Source: Myxococcota bacterium | GTDB lineage: Bacteria > Myxococcota_A > UBA9160 > UBA6930 | Direction: 5' to 3' | DNA length: 64,000 bases | Assembly (NCBI GenBank): GCA_965223415.1 | Contig: OZ245002.1 | Span: 3,072,001 to 3,136,000, forward strand | In this document: positions 36,696 through 46,526 of the stretch, one piece after another | How the letters are laid out: the number at the start of each line of letters is the position of its first letter | How positions within the stretch are numbered: the stretch's first letter is position 1 | Translations under genes and position numbers: made by a program | The notes under the pieces: generated by a model | Told to the model about the DNA's origin: nothing | The model's input: only the letters and a program-made list of their open reading frames with translations | The model's database searches: none

Positions 36696-38342
36696 ATGAG
36701 ATGGGGCCTCGGCGCGCTCGCCGCACTCGTCGTCCTGGGCCTGCTCCTGTGGGCGAACCTGACCCAGGTGCTGCTCTTCGGCATCGAGGTGCTGATGGAG
36801 CTGAGCACCCCGGTGGGTCCCCACCAGGAGATCGACTGGGCGAGCGGCCCCGACCCGCTCGGGCGCTCGCCCGGGGAGCGGCCGCCCAACGTGGTGCTGA
36901 TCCTCGCCGACGACCTCGGCTGGAACGATCTCAGCTTCGCCGGCGGCGGCGTCGCCGGTGGCACGGTGCCGACGCCCCACATCGACAGCCTCGCCGCCGA
37001 GGGCGTCAGCTTCACGAACGGCTACGCGGCCAACGGCACCTGCGCGCCGTCCCGGGCGGCGATCATGTCGGGCCGCTACGGCACGCGCTTCGGCTTCGAG
37101 TTCACGCCGACGCCCCCCGGCATGGGCGCGCTGACGGGTCGCATCGCCGGCGACATGGGCCGCCTACGGCCCACGCTTCCCGGCGAGGGAGGCGAGCGGG
37201 TCGACTACGACATGGGGATGCCGCCCTCCGAGATCACCCTCGCCGAGCTCCTGGCGGAGCAGGGCTACCACAACGTGCACATCGGCAAGTGGCACCTGGG
37301 CCGCAGCGGCGGCATGGCGGCCCACGACCAGGGCTTCGACGAGAGCCTGCTGATGGCGAGCGGCCTCTACCTGCCCGAGGACGACCCGGGCGTGGTGAAC
37401 GCGAAGCAGGACTTCGACCCCATCGACCAGTTCCTGTGGCGGGCGATGAACTACGCGGCCTCCTTCAACGGCGGTCCGGCCTTCCAGCCGGGCGGCTACC
37501 TGACCGACTACTACACCGAGGAGGCGGTCAAGGTCATCGAGGCGAACAAGGACCGGCCCTTCTTCCTCTACCTCGCCCACTGGGCGCCGCACACGCCGCT
37601 CCAGGCGACCCGGGACGACTACGAGGCGCTGGACCACGTCGAGCTGCACCGGGAGCGCGTCTATGCCGGCATGATCCGCGCCCTCGACCGCGGCGTGGGC
37701 CAGGTGCTGGACGCGCTCGAGGCCAACGGCCTCGACGAGAACACCCTGGTCCTCTTCACGTCGGACAACGGCGGCGCCGGCTACATCGGCCTGCCCGACG
37801 TGAACGCGCCCTTCCGCGGCTGGAAGATCACCCTCTTCGAGGGCGGCATCCACGTGCCCTACTTCGTGCGCTGGCCGGGCCGCATCCCGGCCGGGACCAC
37901 GGTGGACGCGCCGGTCCACGGTTTCGACCTCTACGCCACCGCGGCCGCGGCGGCCGGGGCACCGCTCCCGAGCGACCGGAAGATCGACGGTGTCGACCTC
38001 CTGCCCTTCGCCCGCGGCGAGGCCGAGGGCGTGCCCCACGAGCAGCTCTTCTGGCGCAGTGGCACCTCCCAGAGCGCGCGGGTCGGCGACTGGAAGCTCG
38101 ACGTCAGCGATCCGCCGGGGCGACACTGGCTCTTCGACCTGAGCGTCGATCCGGGAGAGCGCAACGATCTCTCGAAGGAGCGGCCGGACAAGCTCGCCGA
38201 GCTCCAAGCCGCCCTCGACGCCCACAACGCGGAGCAGGTGCCTTCCCGGTGGCCGAGTCAGGGCTCGTTCGCCGTCAACCTGGACAAGGACCTGAGCATC
38301 CCCGACGCGCCGGACGACGAGTACATCTACTGGTCGAACTGA
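36696..38342 (+). CDS. Sulfatase (Cys-type formylglycine), membrane-anchored or exported
   Basis: PNVVLILADDLG, CAPSR, GKWHLG, FTSDNGG. Confidence 0.93.
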   Translation: MRWGLGALAALVVLGLLLWANLTQVLLFGIEVLMELSTPVGPHQEIDWASGPDPLGRSPGERPPNVVLILADDLGWNDLSFAGGGVAGGTVPTPHIDSLAAEGVSFTNGYAANGTCAPSRAAIMSGRYGTRFGFEFTPTPPGMGALTGRIAGDMGRLRPTLPGEGGERVDYDMGMPPSEITLAELLAEQGYHNVHIGKWHLGRSGGMAAHDQGFDESLLMASGLYLPEDDPGVVNAKQDFDPIDQFLWRAMNYAASFNGGPAFQPGGYLTDYYTEEAVKVIEANKDRPFFLYLAHWAPHTPLQATRDDYEALDHVELHRERVYAGMIRALDRGVGQVLDALEANGLDENTLVLFTSDNGGAGYIGLPDVNAPFRGWKITLFEGGIHVPYFVRWPGRIPAGTTVDAPVHGFDLYATAAAAAGAPLPSDRKIDGVDLLPFARGEAEGVPHEQLFWRSGTSQSARVGDWKLDVSDPPGRHWLFDLSVDPGERNDLSKERPDKLAELQAALDAHNAEQVPSRWPSQGSFAVNLDKDLSIPDAPDDEYIYWSN

Positions 38343-38364
38343 CGAGGCTTCGCGGAGGCCGACG

Positions 38365-38913
38365 CTATTCCGCGCGACTCACTTCCTCGGCGATGCGCTT
38401 GCCTGTGAGCGTCGTCTTGGACTCGAGGTACTCGTCCTCCCCCTCTGCCGGCTTGTTCGAGGTCTCGATGGTGATCGAGCCGTCCTCTTCGACGGTCGCC
38501 TTCCAGGTGGAGAAGATCCGTACCGACGTCGTCGCGATCGGCGCCAGCCCGAACTCTACGCCCAGGCCCGGGACCTCGGACGAGACGAGCTGCAGATCCC
38601 CTTCGCCCTCGAGACGATTGCCCCGGATCGTGCCCTCGCCGGTGCCGATCACCTCGGCCGGGCTCGAGGGCGAGGCCGGATCGGTGGTCTTCAGCTCCGA
38701 GTGCGAGGTGAACCGGTCGCCCTCCTGGTGGATGCTGACGATGCCGTCGATCTGGCGCTCCAGCCCGTTGCGATCCAGTGTCGCGCCCGACACCCGGTAG
38801 CGGCCGCCGAGCTCCAGGGCGGGCTTCGCCTCCTCGTCGGCCGCCGCCGGCAGCGCCGGCAGGACGAGCGCCATCCACGCGAGAATCGCCAGCAAGCGGG
38901 GCTTCGTCCTCAT
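38365..38913 (-). CDS. Exported hypothetical beta-rich protein
   Basis: SD GGAGGA, ATG 38913, signal peptide ending ALPAAA. Confidence 0.7.
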   Translation of the reverse strand: MRTKPRLLAILAWMALVLPALPAAADEEAKPALELGGRYRVSGATLDRNGLERQIDGIVSIHQEGDRFTSHSELKTTDPASPSSPAEVIGTGEGTIRGNRLEGEGDLQLVSSEVPGLGVEFGLAPIATTSVRIFSTWKATVEEDGSITIETSNKPAEGEDEYLESKTTLTGKRIAEEVSRAE

Positions 38914-38956
38914 GGTGCATCCTCCGGGCGCGAGACCTCTTTCGGCCTCCTGGAGC

Positions 38957-38973
38957 AGCAATCGCGATGCCAA
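38957..38973 (-). promoter_or_regulatory. Sigma54 (-24/-12) promoter
   Basis: TTGGCATCGCGATTGCT matches TGGCAY-N5-TTGCW, about 45 nt upstream of ATG 38913. Confidence 0.7.
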
Positions 38974-39067
38974 GCGGGGGTCGGGCCAGGCGGCTCGCAG
39001 GCCCGTGGTGCCGGCGTTTGCCCCAGGGAAAGCGCGCAGCTGTCCCATTCTGGGATAGCGTGACGGA

Positions 39068-39676
39068 ATGAAGCTCTACGACTTCCCCGGAGCCCCGAAC
39101 CCCAGACGGGTGCGCATCTTCCTGGCCGAGAAGAAGCTGGAGCTACCGACCGAGGTGGTCGACGTCCCTGGAGGCGCCAACCGGACGCCGGCCTTCCTGG
39201 CCAAGAACCCCCTCGGCCTCCTTCCCGTGTTCCAGCTCGACGACGGCAGCTTCCTCTCCGAGAGCATGGCGATCTGCCGCTACCTGGACGCGCTGCACCC
39301 GGAGCCGCCCCTTTTCGGGACGAGCCCGCAGGAGGCCGCGGTGGTGGAGATGTGGAGCCGGCGTGCCGAGTGGGAGGTGTTCCGTCACGTGGGCGAGTTC
39401 TTCCGCCACACCGCGCCGTTCTTCGCCGACCGCTACGTGCAGCGGCCCGAGGTGGCCGAGGACGCACGCAACCTTGTCCTGGATCGGCTGGGCGTCTTCG
39501 ACGCCGCGCTGGCCGACCGCCGCTTCCTCACCGGCGATCGCTTCAGCGTCGCGGACATCACCGCCTGGGTGTCCGTCGACCTGGGGATCCCGTCCGCCTT
39601 CTCGCTCGGCGGCGAGACACCGCACCTGCAGCGCTGGTTCGAGGAGGTGTCGGCGCGCCCGAGCATCGAGGCCTAA
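39068..39676 (+). CDS. Glutathione S-transferase
   Basis: APNPRRVRIFLAEK, KNPLGLLP, LSESMAICRYL, FSVADIT. Confidence 0.93.
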   Translation: MKLYDFPGAPNPRRVRIFLAEKKLELPTEVVDVPGGANRTPAFLAKNPLGLLPVFQLDDGSFLSESMAICRYLDALHPEPPLFGTSPQEAAVVEMWSRRAEWEVFRHVGEFFRHTAPFFADRYVQRPEVAEDARNLVLDRLGVFDAALADRRFLTGDRFSVADITAWVSVDLGIPSAFSLGGETPHLQRWFEEVSARPSIEA

Positions 39677-40569
39677 AGGCTGCCCAGGATCGGCACCGTG
39701 GGAATCGCCTGGGTATCGGCGAGCTGCTTGTCACCGACGATGCCCTGGAAGAAGGTGCTGCCGAACAGCGACTTCATGTAGTCCACGCCGGGGTAGTAGA
39801 CGATCACGGCCTGGTCGAAGCGCGCGTCGCCCTCCACGGTGACCGGCCGGCCCATGTGGATCGGGCCGTGGCCACGCGCCGCCATCCGACCCAGCATCTT
39901 GCGTCCGTAGGAGGCGTCGGCCGCCTGCTGCTCCGGCGTGCCGCGCTGCATCAGGTTGACGATCACGACCGCGTCCTCGCCGTACTCCCGCACCGCATCG
40001 AAGCGGCGTCGCATCTCCTGGAGATCCGGGTTCCCGGCCGCGGCGGGCTCGGGTGTGAGCTCCGGCGGGGGCACGTTGCCCGACACGGTGTTCACCACGT
40101 GCAGCCCCAGGAGCATCGCCGGGATGCCCAGGTTCAGCACCGGCGGCCGTTGGAAGCCGTGGGTGTAGGTGCGCTCGAAGGCAGCCAGGGCACGCCTGCG
40201 CTCCGGGCCGTCCGCTACCGCGTCGAAGTCCGCCCGGGACCGGTACTGGGTGAGGAGGACGGCGTCCCAGTCACTGCCCTCGATCTGGCTCGACGATCGC
40301 GCGGTGAGGGCCGCCAGCCCGGCATAGACGACGAGCACGCCGTCGCGGGTCTCGAGGGCGTCCCGGAGCTTGCGCACCTCCTCGAGGACGTCGCCGCCCG
40401 GTCGCACCTCCAGGAAGTCGAGGACGTGGAAGACGTCGCCGCCGTGGAAGACGGGCTGGAGATCCTGGCAGACGCTGCGGCGAGCGCGCAGGTAGCGGGC
40501 GTGCTGCCAGCCCATGGCGACGAGGCCCGTCACGAGGGCGAACACGAGGACGAGGCCGAGCACCTTCAT
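39673..40569 (-). CDS. Membrane-anchored protein with two DUF1330-like dimeric alpha/beta-barrel domains
   Basis: N-terminal TM; WDAVLLTQYRSRADF and FDQAVIVYYPG repeats. Confidence 0.6.
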   Translation of the reverse strand: MKVLGLVLVFALVTGLVAMGWQHARYLRARRSVCQDLQPVFHGGDVFHVLDFLEVRPGGDVLEEVRKLRDALETRDGVLVVYAGLAALTARSSSQIEGSDWDAVLLTQYRSRADFDAVADGPERRRALAAFERTYTHGFQRPPVLNLGIPAMLLGLHVVNTVSGNVPPPELTPEPAAAGNPDLQEMRRRFDAVREYGEDAVVIVNLMQRGTPEQQAADASYGRKMLGRMAARGHGPIHMGRPVTVEGDARFDQAVIVYYPGVDYMKSLFGSTFFQGIVGDKQLADTQAIPTVPILGSL

Positions 40570-40577
40570 CGTTTCTC

Positions 40578-42971
40578 CTAGAGGATCTTGAACTCCGCGG
40601 GCGGATCCTCGATCACCCCTTCCTCGATCAGCGCTTCGATCTCGGCGTCGGTCAGGCCGAGCAGCTCACGGGCGATGTCCCGGGTGTGCTCGCCCAGGAG
40701 CGGGGCCGGCTCGGTGACGACCTCCGGGAGGTCGCTACCCAGGAAGGGCGGGCCTTCGAGCATCAGCGATTCGTAGTCCGGCTGCACCACGAGCTTCGGG
40801 TAGCCCCGGTGCAGGAGCTGCGGGTCCGACATGTGGTGGATGGGGTGCGCGACGATGCCCGCCGGCACGCCCGCCTCCTGGAGCGTCTCCATCACGTTGC
40901 GGGGATCGCGGGCGCGGGTCCAGGCCGAGAGCTCTTCGTCGATGCGTTCGCGCCGTTCGATGCGTCCCTCGGCGGTATCGAGGGACGGGTCGGCCGCCCA
41001 CTCCGGATCGCCGATCGCCTTCCTGAGCTGCTGCCACTCCGCGTCCGAGCGCACGTTCACGACGCACCACTCGTCGTCGCCCTCGCAGGGCAGCACGCTC
41101 CAGGGCGCGCCGCGGGAGCTCGCGTTGCCCGCGGGGCGCACGCTTCCGGGCTCCAGGCTCTCCTGGGCCAGCAGGTCCGCCATCAGGCCGATCGGCGTCT
41201 CGAACTGGGCCGCGTCGTGGTGGGAGCCGTGGCCGCTGCGCTCCCGATGGATCAGGCCGGCCAGCGCGGCCAGGGCGCCGATGCGGCCCACCAGGTGGTC
41301 CGGGTGCACCGCCGTCGAGCCGGCCGGCCGTTCCTCGTCCTCCGGATAGTTCCAGAGGTGCTGGAGGCCGCTCACCGGGTGGGTGTTGGGCCCGTAGCCG
41401 ATCCAGTCCTTCCACGGCCCGTAGCTCCCGACGCTCTGGCTGGAGAAGCTCACGATGCGCGGGTTCAGCTCGCGCAGCTGCTCCGGTCCGAGGCCGAGCT
41501 TCTCCATCGTTCCGGTGCCGTTGTTCTCGATGAAGACGTCCGCGTCCCGGACGAGCTGGTGGACGAGGGCCCGTCCCTTCCCGGTGCGCAGGTCGACGCC
41601 GAAGGATCGCTTCGAGCGGCTCGACGAGAGGAAGGACGGGTTCATGTAGCTGCTCATGATCACGCGGATGAAGTCCGGCGCGTCGCTGGACTCGATCTTG
41701 ATCACGTCGGCGCCGTAGTCCGCGAAGAAGCGGCCGCACTCGACCCCGACGGCGCCGACGCCACAGTCGATCACGCGCAGGCCGCGCAGGGGCGGGTCGA
41801 CTTCCGGCGGATTCGGCTCCCGGGAGAGCAAGGCCTCGAGGCCCGCCCGGTCGTCGCAGGGCGCAAAGCCGCCGTCACCCAGCTCGCCGAGCTCCGGGGG
41901 GCCGCCCTCGGGCCCTGCCCGCTCGCCGTCGATGGTGAGGAAGCCGGAGGCCACCTGGGCCTCGGTCCCGGGCGCCACCGGGAGGGTCCGGAACGTGCCG
42001 CGACCCGCCGTGTGCGTATTCTCCAGTACCTCGCCGGGCCGCAGCAGCGGCGTCGCGGGGATGCCGCGGCGCTGGGCTTCTTCCGCGACCCAGGTCTTCT
42101 TCTTGTCCGCGAAGAATCCCTCCAGCACGCCGACGATCTTGTCCATCTCCATCAGCCGGTTGACGAACTGGTCGTACTTCGGGTCGGCGATCTCCTCCGG
42201 GTTGCCCACCCATTCCTTCAGTGCGCGCCAGTGCTTCGGCACGAGGATGATCATGCGGATGAAGCCGTCCGCACAGCGATAGAGCGTGTAGATTCCGGTG
42301 CCGTTGCGGTGGCCGAGATCCGGGTTGAGGGAGTAGTTCGGCAGCGACCAGTCGGTGAGCGCAGCGGTGGCGTCCATGGCGGAGACGTCCACGTGCTGGC
42401 CCGCGCCCGCGTGGAGCCGCTTCCAGAAGGCCAGCAGGCTGCCCAGAGCGCCGGCGATGCCGGCCACGTCGTAGGCCAGGGAGCCCGGGATCATCACCGG
42501 CGGCTTGTCGATGATGCCCGCCCGGTGGAGCATGCCGCCCATGGCGACGCCCACCATGTTGGTCCCCTGGTAGGCCGCGTAGGGGCCGTCCTGCCCGAAG
42601 TCGGTGATCGAGGTGACCACCAGGCCCGGGTGCCGGGCGCGGAGGCTCTCCGCGTCGAGCCCGAGCCGCGCGAGGGTGCCGGGCTGGGTGGACTCCACGA
42701 ACACGTCCGCGCTCTCGAGCAGCTCGTGCAGACGCTCCCGGCCCGCCTCGGTCTCCAGGTTCACCACGCCACCGCGCTTGCCGGCGTTGCGCACCGCGAA
42801 GTAGAGGCTCGCCGCACCGTCCGGTGTAAAGGGCGGCAGCGTGCGGGACAGGGCGCCCTCCGGCGGCTCCAGGCGGATCACCTCGGCCCCCAGATCCGCG
42901 AGCAATCGCCCGCATAGCTCCCCTTTCTCGTCCGCCAGATCGACGACGCGCAGACCCTTGAGCGGCTTCAT
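40578..42971 (-). CDS. Family III (CaiB/BaiF) CoA transferase, two fused domains
   Basis: PLKGLRVVDL...LADLGAEVIRLEPP and PLRGLRVID...ADYGADVIKIE; APLLGEHT. Confidence 0.92.
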   Translation of the reverse strand: MKPLKGLRVVDLADEKGELCGRLLADLGAEVIRLEPPEGALSRTLPPFTPDGAASLYFAVRNAGKRGGVVNLETEAGRERLHELLESADVFVESTQPGTLARLGLDAESLRARHPGLVVTSITDFGQDGPYAAYQGTNMVGVAMGGMLHRAGIIDKPPVMIPGSLAYDVAGIAGALGSLLAFWKRLHAGAGQHVDVSAMDATAALTDWSLPNYSLNPDLGHRNGTGIYTLYRCADGFIRMIILVPKHWRALKEWVGNPEEIADPKYDQFVNRLMEMDKIVGVLEGFFADKKKTWVAEEAQRRGIPATPLLRPGEVLENTHTAGRGTFRTLPVAPGTEAQVASGFLTIDGERAGPEGGPPELGELGDGGFAPCDDRAGLEALLSREPNPPEVDPPLRGLRVIDCGVGAVGVECGRFFADYGADVIKIESSDAPDFIRVIMSSYMNPSFLSSSRSKRSFGVDLRTGKGRALVHQLVRDADVFIENNGTGTMEKLGLGPEQLRELNPRIVSFSSQSVGSYGPWKDWIGYGPNTHPVSGLQHLWNYPEDEERPAGSTAVHPDHLVGRIGALAALAGLIHRERSGHGSHHDAAQFETPIGLMADLLAQESLEPGSVRPAGNASSRGAPWSVLPCEGDDEWCVVNVRSDAEWQQLRKAIGDPEWAADPSLDTAEGRIERRERIDEELSAWTRARDPRNVMETLQEAGVPAGIVAHPIHHMSDPQLLHRGYPKLVVQPDYESLMLEGPPFLGSDLPEVVTEPAPLLGEHTRDIARELLGLTDAEIEALIEEGVIEDPPAEFKIL

Positions 42972-43051
42972 CGATGGTCTCCTCCCTCGTGGACTCGTGG
43001 AACCGGAGGAGTGTGCGGGACCTCCCGGAGGTGCGCCAATCCGCTCCGGTC

Positions 43052-43441
43052 TCAGTGGAAGGCGTGCGCCTCGCCCAGGGAGAAGGGGGCGATGGTCGCC
43101 TGGAAGGCGGCGCCGTCCTCGGTGACCATCCGGTAGCTCCCCTGCATGCTCCCGACCGGCGTGGGCAGGGGACAGGCCGACGTGTATTCGAAGGAGCCAC
43201 CTGGGTCCAGGACCGGCTGCTCGCCGACCACGCCGGCGCCCTTCACCTCCTGCACCTCTCCGTCGCCGTCGGTGATGATCCAGTGGCGGCTGACAAGCTG
43301 GGCGGTCTCGTCACCCTCGTTCGTGATGGCGACCTGGTAGGCGAAGAACCACTGGCCCTCCTCCGGCGCCGACCGCTCGGGCACGAAGAAGGACCGCACG
43401 CGGACGCGGATGCCGCGGGTGAGGGTTTCGGACTCGAACAA
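43052..43441 (-). CDS. apaG: ApaG protein
   Basis: QLVSRHWIITD, GAGVVGEQP, FEYTSACPLPTPVGSMQGSY; TTG start. Confidence 0.93.
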   Translation of the reverse strand: MFESETLTRGIRVRVRSFFVPERSAPEEGQWFFAYQVAITNEGDETAQLVSRHWIITDGDGEVQEVKGAGVVGEQPVLDPGGSFEYTSACPLPTPVGSMQGSYRMVTEDGAAFQATIAPFSLGEAHAFH

Positions 43442-43446
43442 TGGGC

Positions 43447-44784
43447 TCAGTCCCGGATCCAGCTCCCGTGGAAGCCGTGGGGCACGCGCCGCGGCAGGTG
43501 GACCCGGGCTACCGGCTCCGCCGACGGGTTCGCGGCGTCGAGGATGACCAGGTCGCTCGAGTTCGTGGCCTTGTCGTACACGTAGCCCATGGCCCAGCCG
43601 TCGTCCTCGGCGGCGTCCTCACTGCGCTCGGCGAACACGAACTCGCCGGCCTGGGCGGTAGGCCCGAAGTCGTGGCTCTCGGTGGAGCCCTTCTCCAGGT
43701 CGTAGCGGGTGATGAGGCTGGGGGAATCGAAGGTCTCGTCGCTGCCGGGCCGGGAGCCGACCACCCAGCCGTAGCGGTGCTTCAGGCCGACGACGCGGTC
43801 GTCGACGCGGGGGAAGCCGTGCTGCACGTCGTCGAGGGTCTGCTCGGTGACCGCGCCAGAGGCGAGGTCGAAGGTCCACCGGTACATGAAGGAGGGCGCG
43901 AAGTCGTCCATCGAATCGCGCCACATGTACTCGTGGTGGCCGACGTCGCACACGACCTTGTCGCCGTCGACGTAGGCGTTCAGCGGGTGGAACACATAGC
44001 AGGGCTCCACCTCGAACCAGCGGATGTCGGCGTCGGTTCCGAAGCGCGGCAGGATGCCGATGCGCGCCCCGTAGCTCTCGTCCCAGCCGATCGGCACCTC
44101 GCCCTTGAGCGCCTTCTCCAGGTCGAAGGTCACCGGGAGGTCCATGAAGATGGCGTGATCCCGGGTGATCATGAAGTCGTGCATCATGGTCGGGCCGGGC
44201 ACCGTGATCTCGGCCGAGTGCACGAGCTCGCCCTTCGCGTCGAGCACGTGGTAGACGAGGTAGGGCGGAAGCTGGCCGTAGCCGAAGAAGTGCAGCTCGT
44301 TCGTCTCCGGGCACAGCTTCGGATGGGCGGTGAAGGCGCTCGTCAGCTTGCCGCCGTAGTCGAGCCAGCCCCTGGTCTCGAGCTCCCCGCTGATCTCGTA
44401 GGGGAAGTGGCCCTCCTCCAGGCAGAGGATCTTGCCGGCGTGGCCGATGACGTGGGTGTTGGCGGCGCTGGCGGTGCGGTCGGTCATTACCGCCGGGTCC
44501 ATGGCGCCGAGCCCGCTCTCGAGCTTCTTCGTCTTCACCCAGCGGTTGCGGTACCAGGCGGCGCGGCCGTCTTCGAGGCGCACACCGTGCACCATGCCGT
44601 CGCCGAAGAACCAGTGGTCGCCCTTGCCGTCCTTGGGGTTGGGCGTGTTGCGCACGTAGAGCCCGCGCAGCTCCTCCGGGATGGATCCGGTCACCCGGAG
44701 CTCCGTATCCGTGAGCTCGTCCATGACCGGGGCGTAGTTGCCGCGCAGGAACCAGGGGGTTTCTTCGCTGGGGCTGGCGCTCAT
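43447..44784 (-). CDS. Carotenoid oxygenase / lignostilbene dioxygenase family protein
   Basis: GNYAPV, FGDGMVH, TAHPK, MMHDF, VFHPLNA, VPHGFHG. Confidence 0.92.
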   Translation of the reverse strand: MSASPSEETPWFLRGNYAPVMDELTDTELRVTGSIPEELRGLYVRNTPNPKDGKGDHWFFGDGMVHGVRLEDGRAAWYRNRWVKTKKLESGLGAMDPAVMTDRTASAANTHVIGHAGKILCLEEGHFPYEISGELETRGWLDYGGKLTSAFTAHPKLCPETNELHFFGYGQLPPYLVYHVLDAKGELVHSAEITVPGPTMMHDFMITRDHAIFMDLPVTFDLEKALKGEVPIGWDESYGARIGILPRFGTDADIRWFEVEPCYVFHPLNAYVDGDKVVCDVGHHEYMWRDSMDDFAPSFMYRWTFDLASGAVTEQTLDDVQHGFPRVDDRVVGLKHRYGWVVGSRPGSDETFDSPSLITRYDLEKGSTESHDFGPTAQAGEFVFAERSEDAAEDDGWAMGYVYDKATNSSDLVILDAANPSAEPVARVHLPRRVPHGFHGSWIRD

Positions 44785-44825
44785 CGGGGTCCTCCTCTCG
44801 CGTCGGGTCCCGGCAGCATACCCCG

Positions 44826-45040
44826 TCAGTGGATCTCGGGGCGGCGGCGCAGGTGATCCTTCATCCAGTCGACGAAGGCCCGCAGGCGCCGGGTAGACGA
44901 GCTGGACCGGGATGGCCGGGACCTCGAAGGCCTCGAGCACGATCCGCAGGCGGCCCGCGCGCACTTCGGGCTCGACCAGGCAGGAGAGAAGCTGGGCGAA
45001 GCCCAGGCCCGCCGCGCAGGCCTCGACGCAGGCCGAAGCC
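44826..45040 (-). pseudogene. Remnant of the C-terminus of a LysR-family regulator
   Basis: ACVEACAAGLGFAQLLSCLVEPEVRAGRLRIVLEAFEVPAIPVQLVYP, frameshift near 44890, then RRLRAFVDWMKDHL...stop; no start or HTH. Confidence 0.75.
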
Positions 45041-45063
45041 AGCGAGAGCTTCGGTCCGCTCGC

Positions 45064-46479
45064 CTAGCCCTCGACCCCGCCCAGTTCGCGCATCGAGGCC
45101 TCGTAGGAGACGCGATCGATGCGGTAGGAGGTGTAGGCCCAGATGCCTGCCGCGGCGACCGGTGCGGCCGCCAGGCTGAGCAGGCCGAGGCGCAGGATCA
45201 GCCCGCTCGCGATCTCGCCCGGTTCCGATTGGAGCGGGAAGGCGATCAGGCTGATGCCCACGCCCGCCATCAGGTGCCCGCCGGCGGAGCCCAGCTTGCC
45301 GGAGAAGGCGACGGCGGCGAAGAGGATGCCCTGCTGGTTCCGGCCCGTTCGCAGGAACTGGTCCTGGGCGACGTCCGCCATCATCGAGCCGGCCGACGTG
45401 TAGCCGATGCCCGCCGCGATGCCGACGCCGAAGAGCAGCGCGAAGATGATCTGGAAGAGCAGCGCGGACCCGTTGGGAGGCATCCATCCGGCCATGCGCG
45501 CGAGCACGCCCAGATGGCCCAGCACCCCGGACACGATGCAGGCCGCGATCAGCGTCGGCTTCTTGTCGAAGCGGCGGTGGAGCACGCCGCAGGCCGCTAC
45601 GCCGATCACGAAGCCCAGGGCCGTCGGCGCGATGAGGGTGGAGATCTGGCCCGTGCCGAAGCCCCAGTAGAAGACGTTGAGGTGGGTGCTCAGGGTGGTG
45701 CCGATCGAGATCGAGATCGCGAAGAGGGAGAAGCCCACGAAGAGCGATCGGAAGGAGGGGTTCTGCCAGGCCAGCCGGAACTCGGCGTAGGTCGCAGCCA
45801 GGGAGAACGGCTCCGGCTCGTCCGGCGGCCCCGGTAGCCGCGGGATCTCCTTGCGGGTGCCCCAGGCCGAGTACCAGATCGTGAAGAACATGAGGAAGGC
45901 GCTGAAAGCCGCGAACGCGGGATAGCCGGCGGGATCGAGGAGGCCGTTGTCGTGCTCGGCCGTCGGCGGGAAGAAGTACCAGATGCCGAAGCCGATCACG
46001 CCGAGCCCACCGACCATGCCGGAGAAGGTTCGCCACTGGACCACCGAGGTACGCTCGGCGTAGTCGTCGCTCAGCTCGGCGCCGAGGGCCATGTGGGGCA
46101 CGTGGTAGAGGGTCATCGAGCTGCGCACGAGCACGGCGAAGGCCAGGAACCACGCGAAGAGGCCGATCTGGCCCAGGCCTTCCGGCGGGAAGAAGAGCAG
46201 GTACCAGAAGAGGCCGAGGGGCAGGGCCGCGGCGTACATGAAGGGGTGTCGGCGGCCACGCCGGGAGCGCCAGTTGTCGGAGAGGTGGCCCGCGACGGGA
46301 TCGGTCACCGCGTCGAAGACCAGCGCGATGGCGACCGCCGCTCCGGCGAGGGCCCCCGTGAGCCCGAGTACCTGGGTGAAGTAGAAGAACGCGATGTAGT
46401 CGAAGCCGCGGGACTTGATGCCCTCGCCGATCTGGCCGAGGCCGTAGGCGAACTTCGTGGTGAGGGGGAGGCGGTGCAA
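45064..46479 (-). CDS. MFS transporter, glycoside-pentoside-hexuronide-like
   Basis: KFAYGLG, DAVTDP, GRRHPF, GAELSDDYAERT; TTG start. Confidence 0.9.
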   Translation of the reverse strand: MHRLPLTTKFAYGLGQIGEGIKSRGFDYIAFFYFTQVLGLTGALAGAAVAIALVFDAVTDPVAGHLSDNWRSRRGRRHPFMYAAALPLGLFWYLLFFPPEGLGQIGLFAWFLAFAVLVRSSMTLYHVPHMALGAELSDDYAERTSVVQWRTFSGMVGGLGVIGFGIWYFFPPTAEHDNGLLDPAGYPAFAAFSAFLMFFTIWYSAWGTRKEIPRLPGPPDEPEPFSLAATYAEFRLAWQNPSFRSLFVGFSLFAISISIGTTLSTHLNVFYWGFGTGQISTLIAPTALGFVIGVAACGVLHRRFDKKPTLIAACIVSGVLGHLGVLARMAGWMPPNGSALLFQIIFALLFGVGIAAGIGYTSAGSMMADVAQDQFLRTGRNQQGILFAAVAFSGKLGSAGGHLMAGVGISLIAFPLQSEPGEIASGLILRLGLLSLAAAPVAAAGIWAYTSYRIDRVSYEASMRELGGVEG

Positions 46480-46526
46480 GGGGAAGGAGAGGGTATCCGA
46501 TCCGCCCGCTACATTGCCGACCCGTC

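Noticed and set aside
44785..44964. LysR-carotenoid oxygenase fusion protein
   Set aside because: The in-frame join results from the frameshifted remnant; the oxygenase has its own SD (GAGGA) and ATG at 44784.
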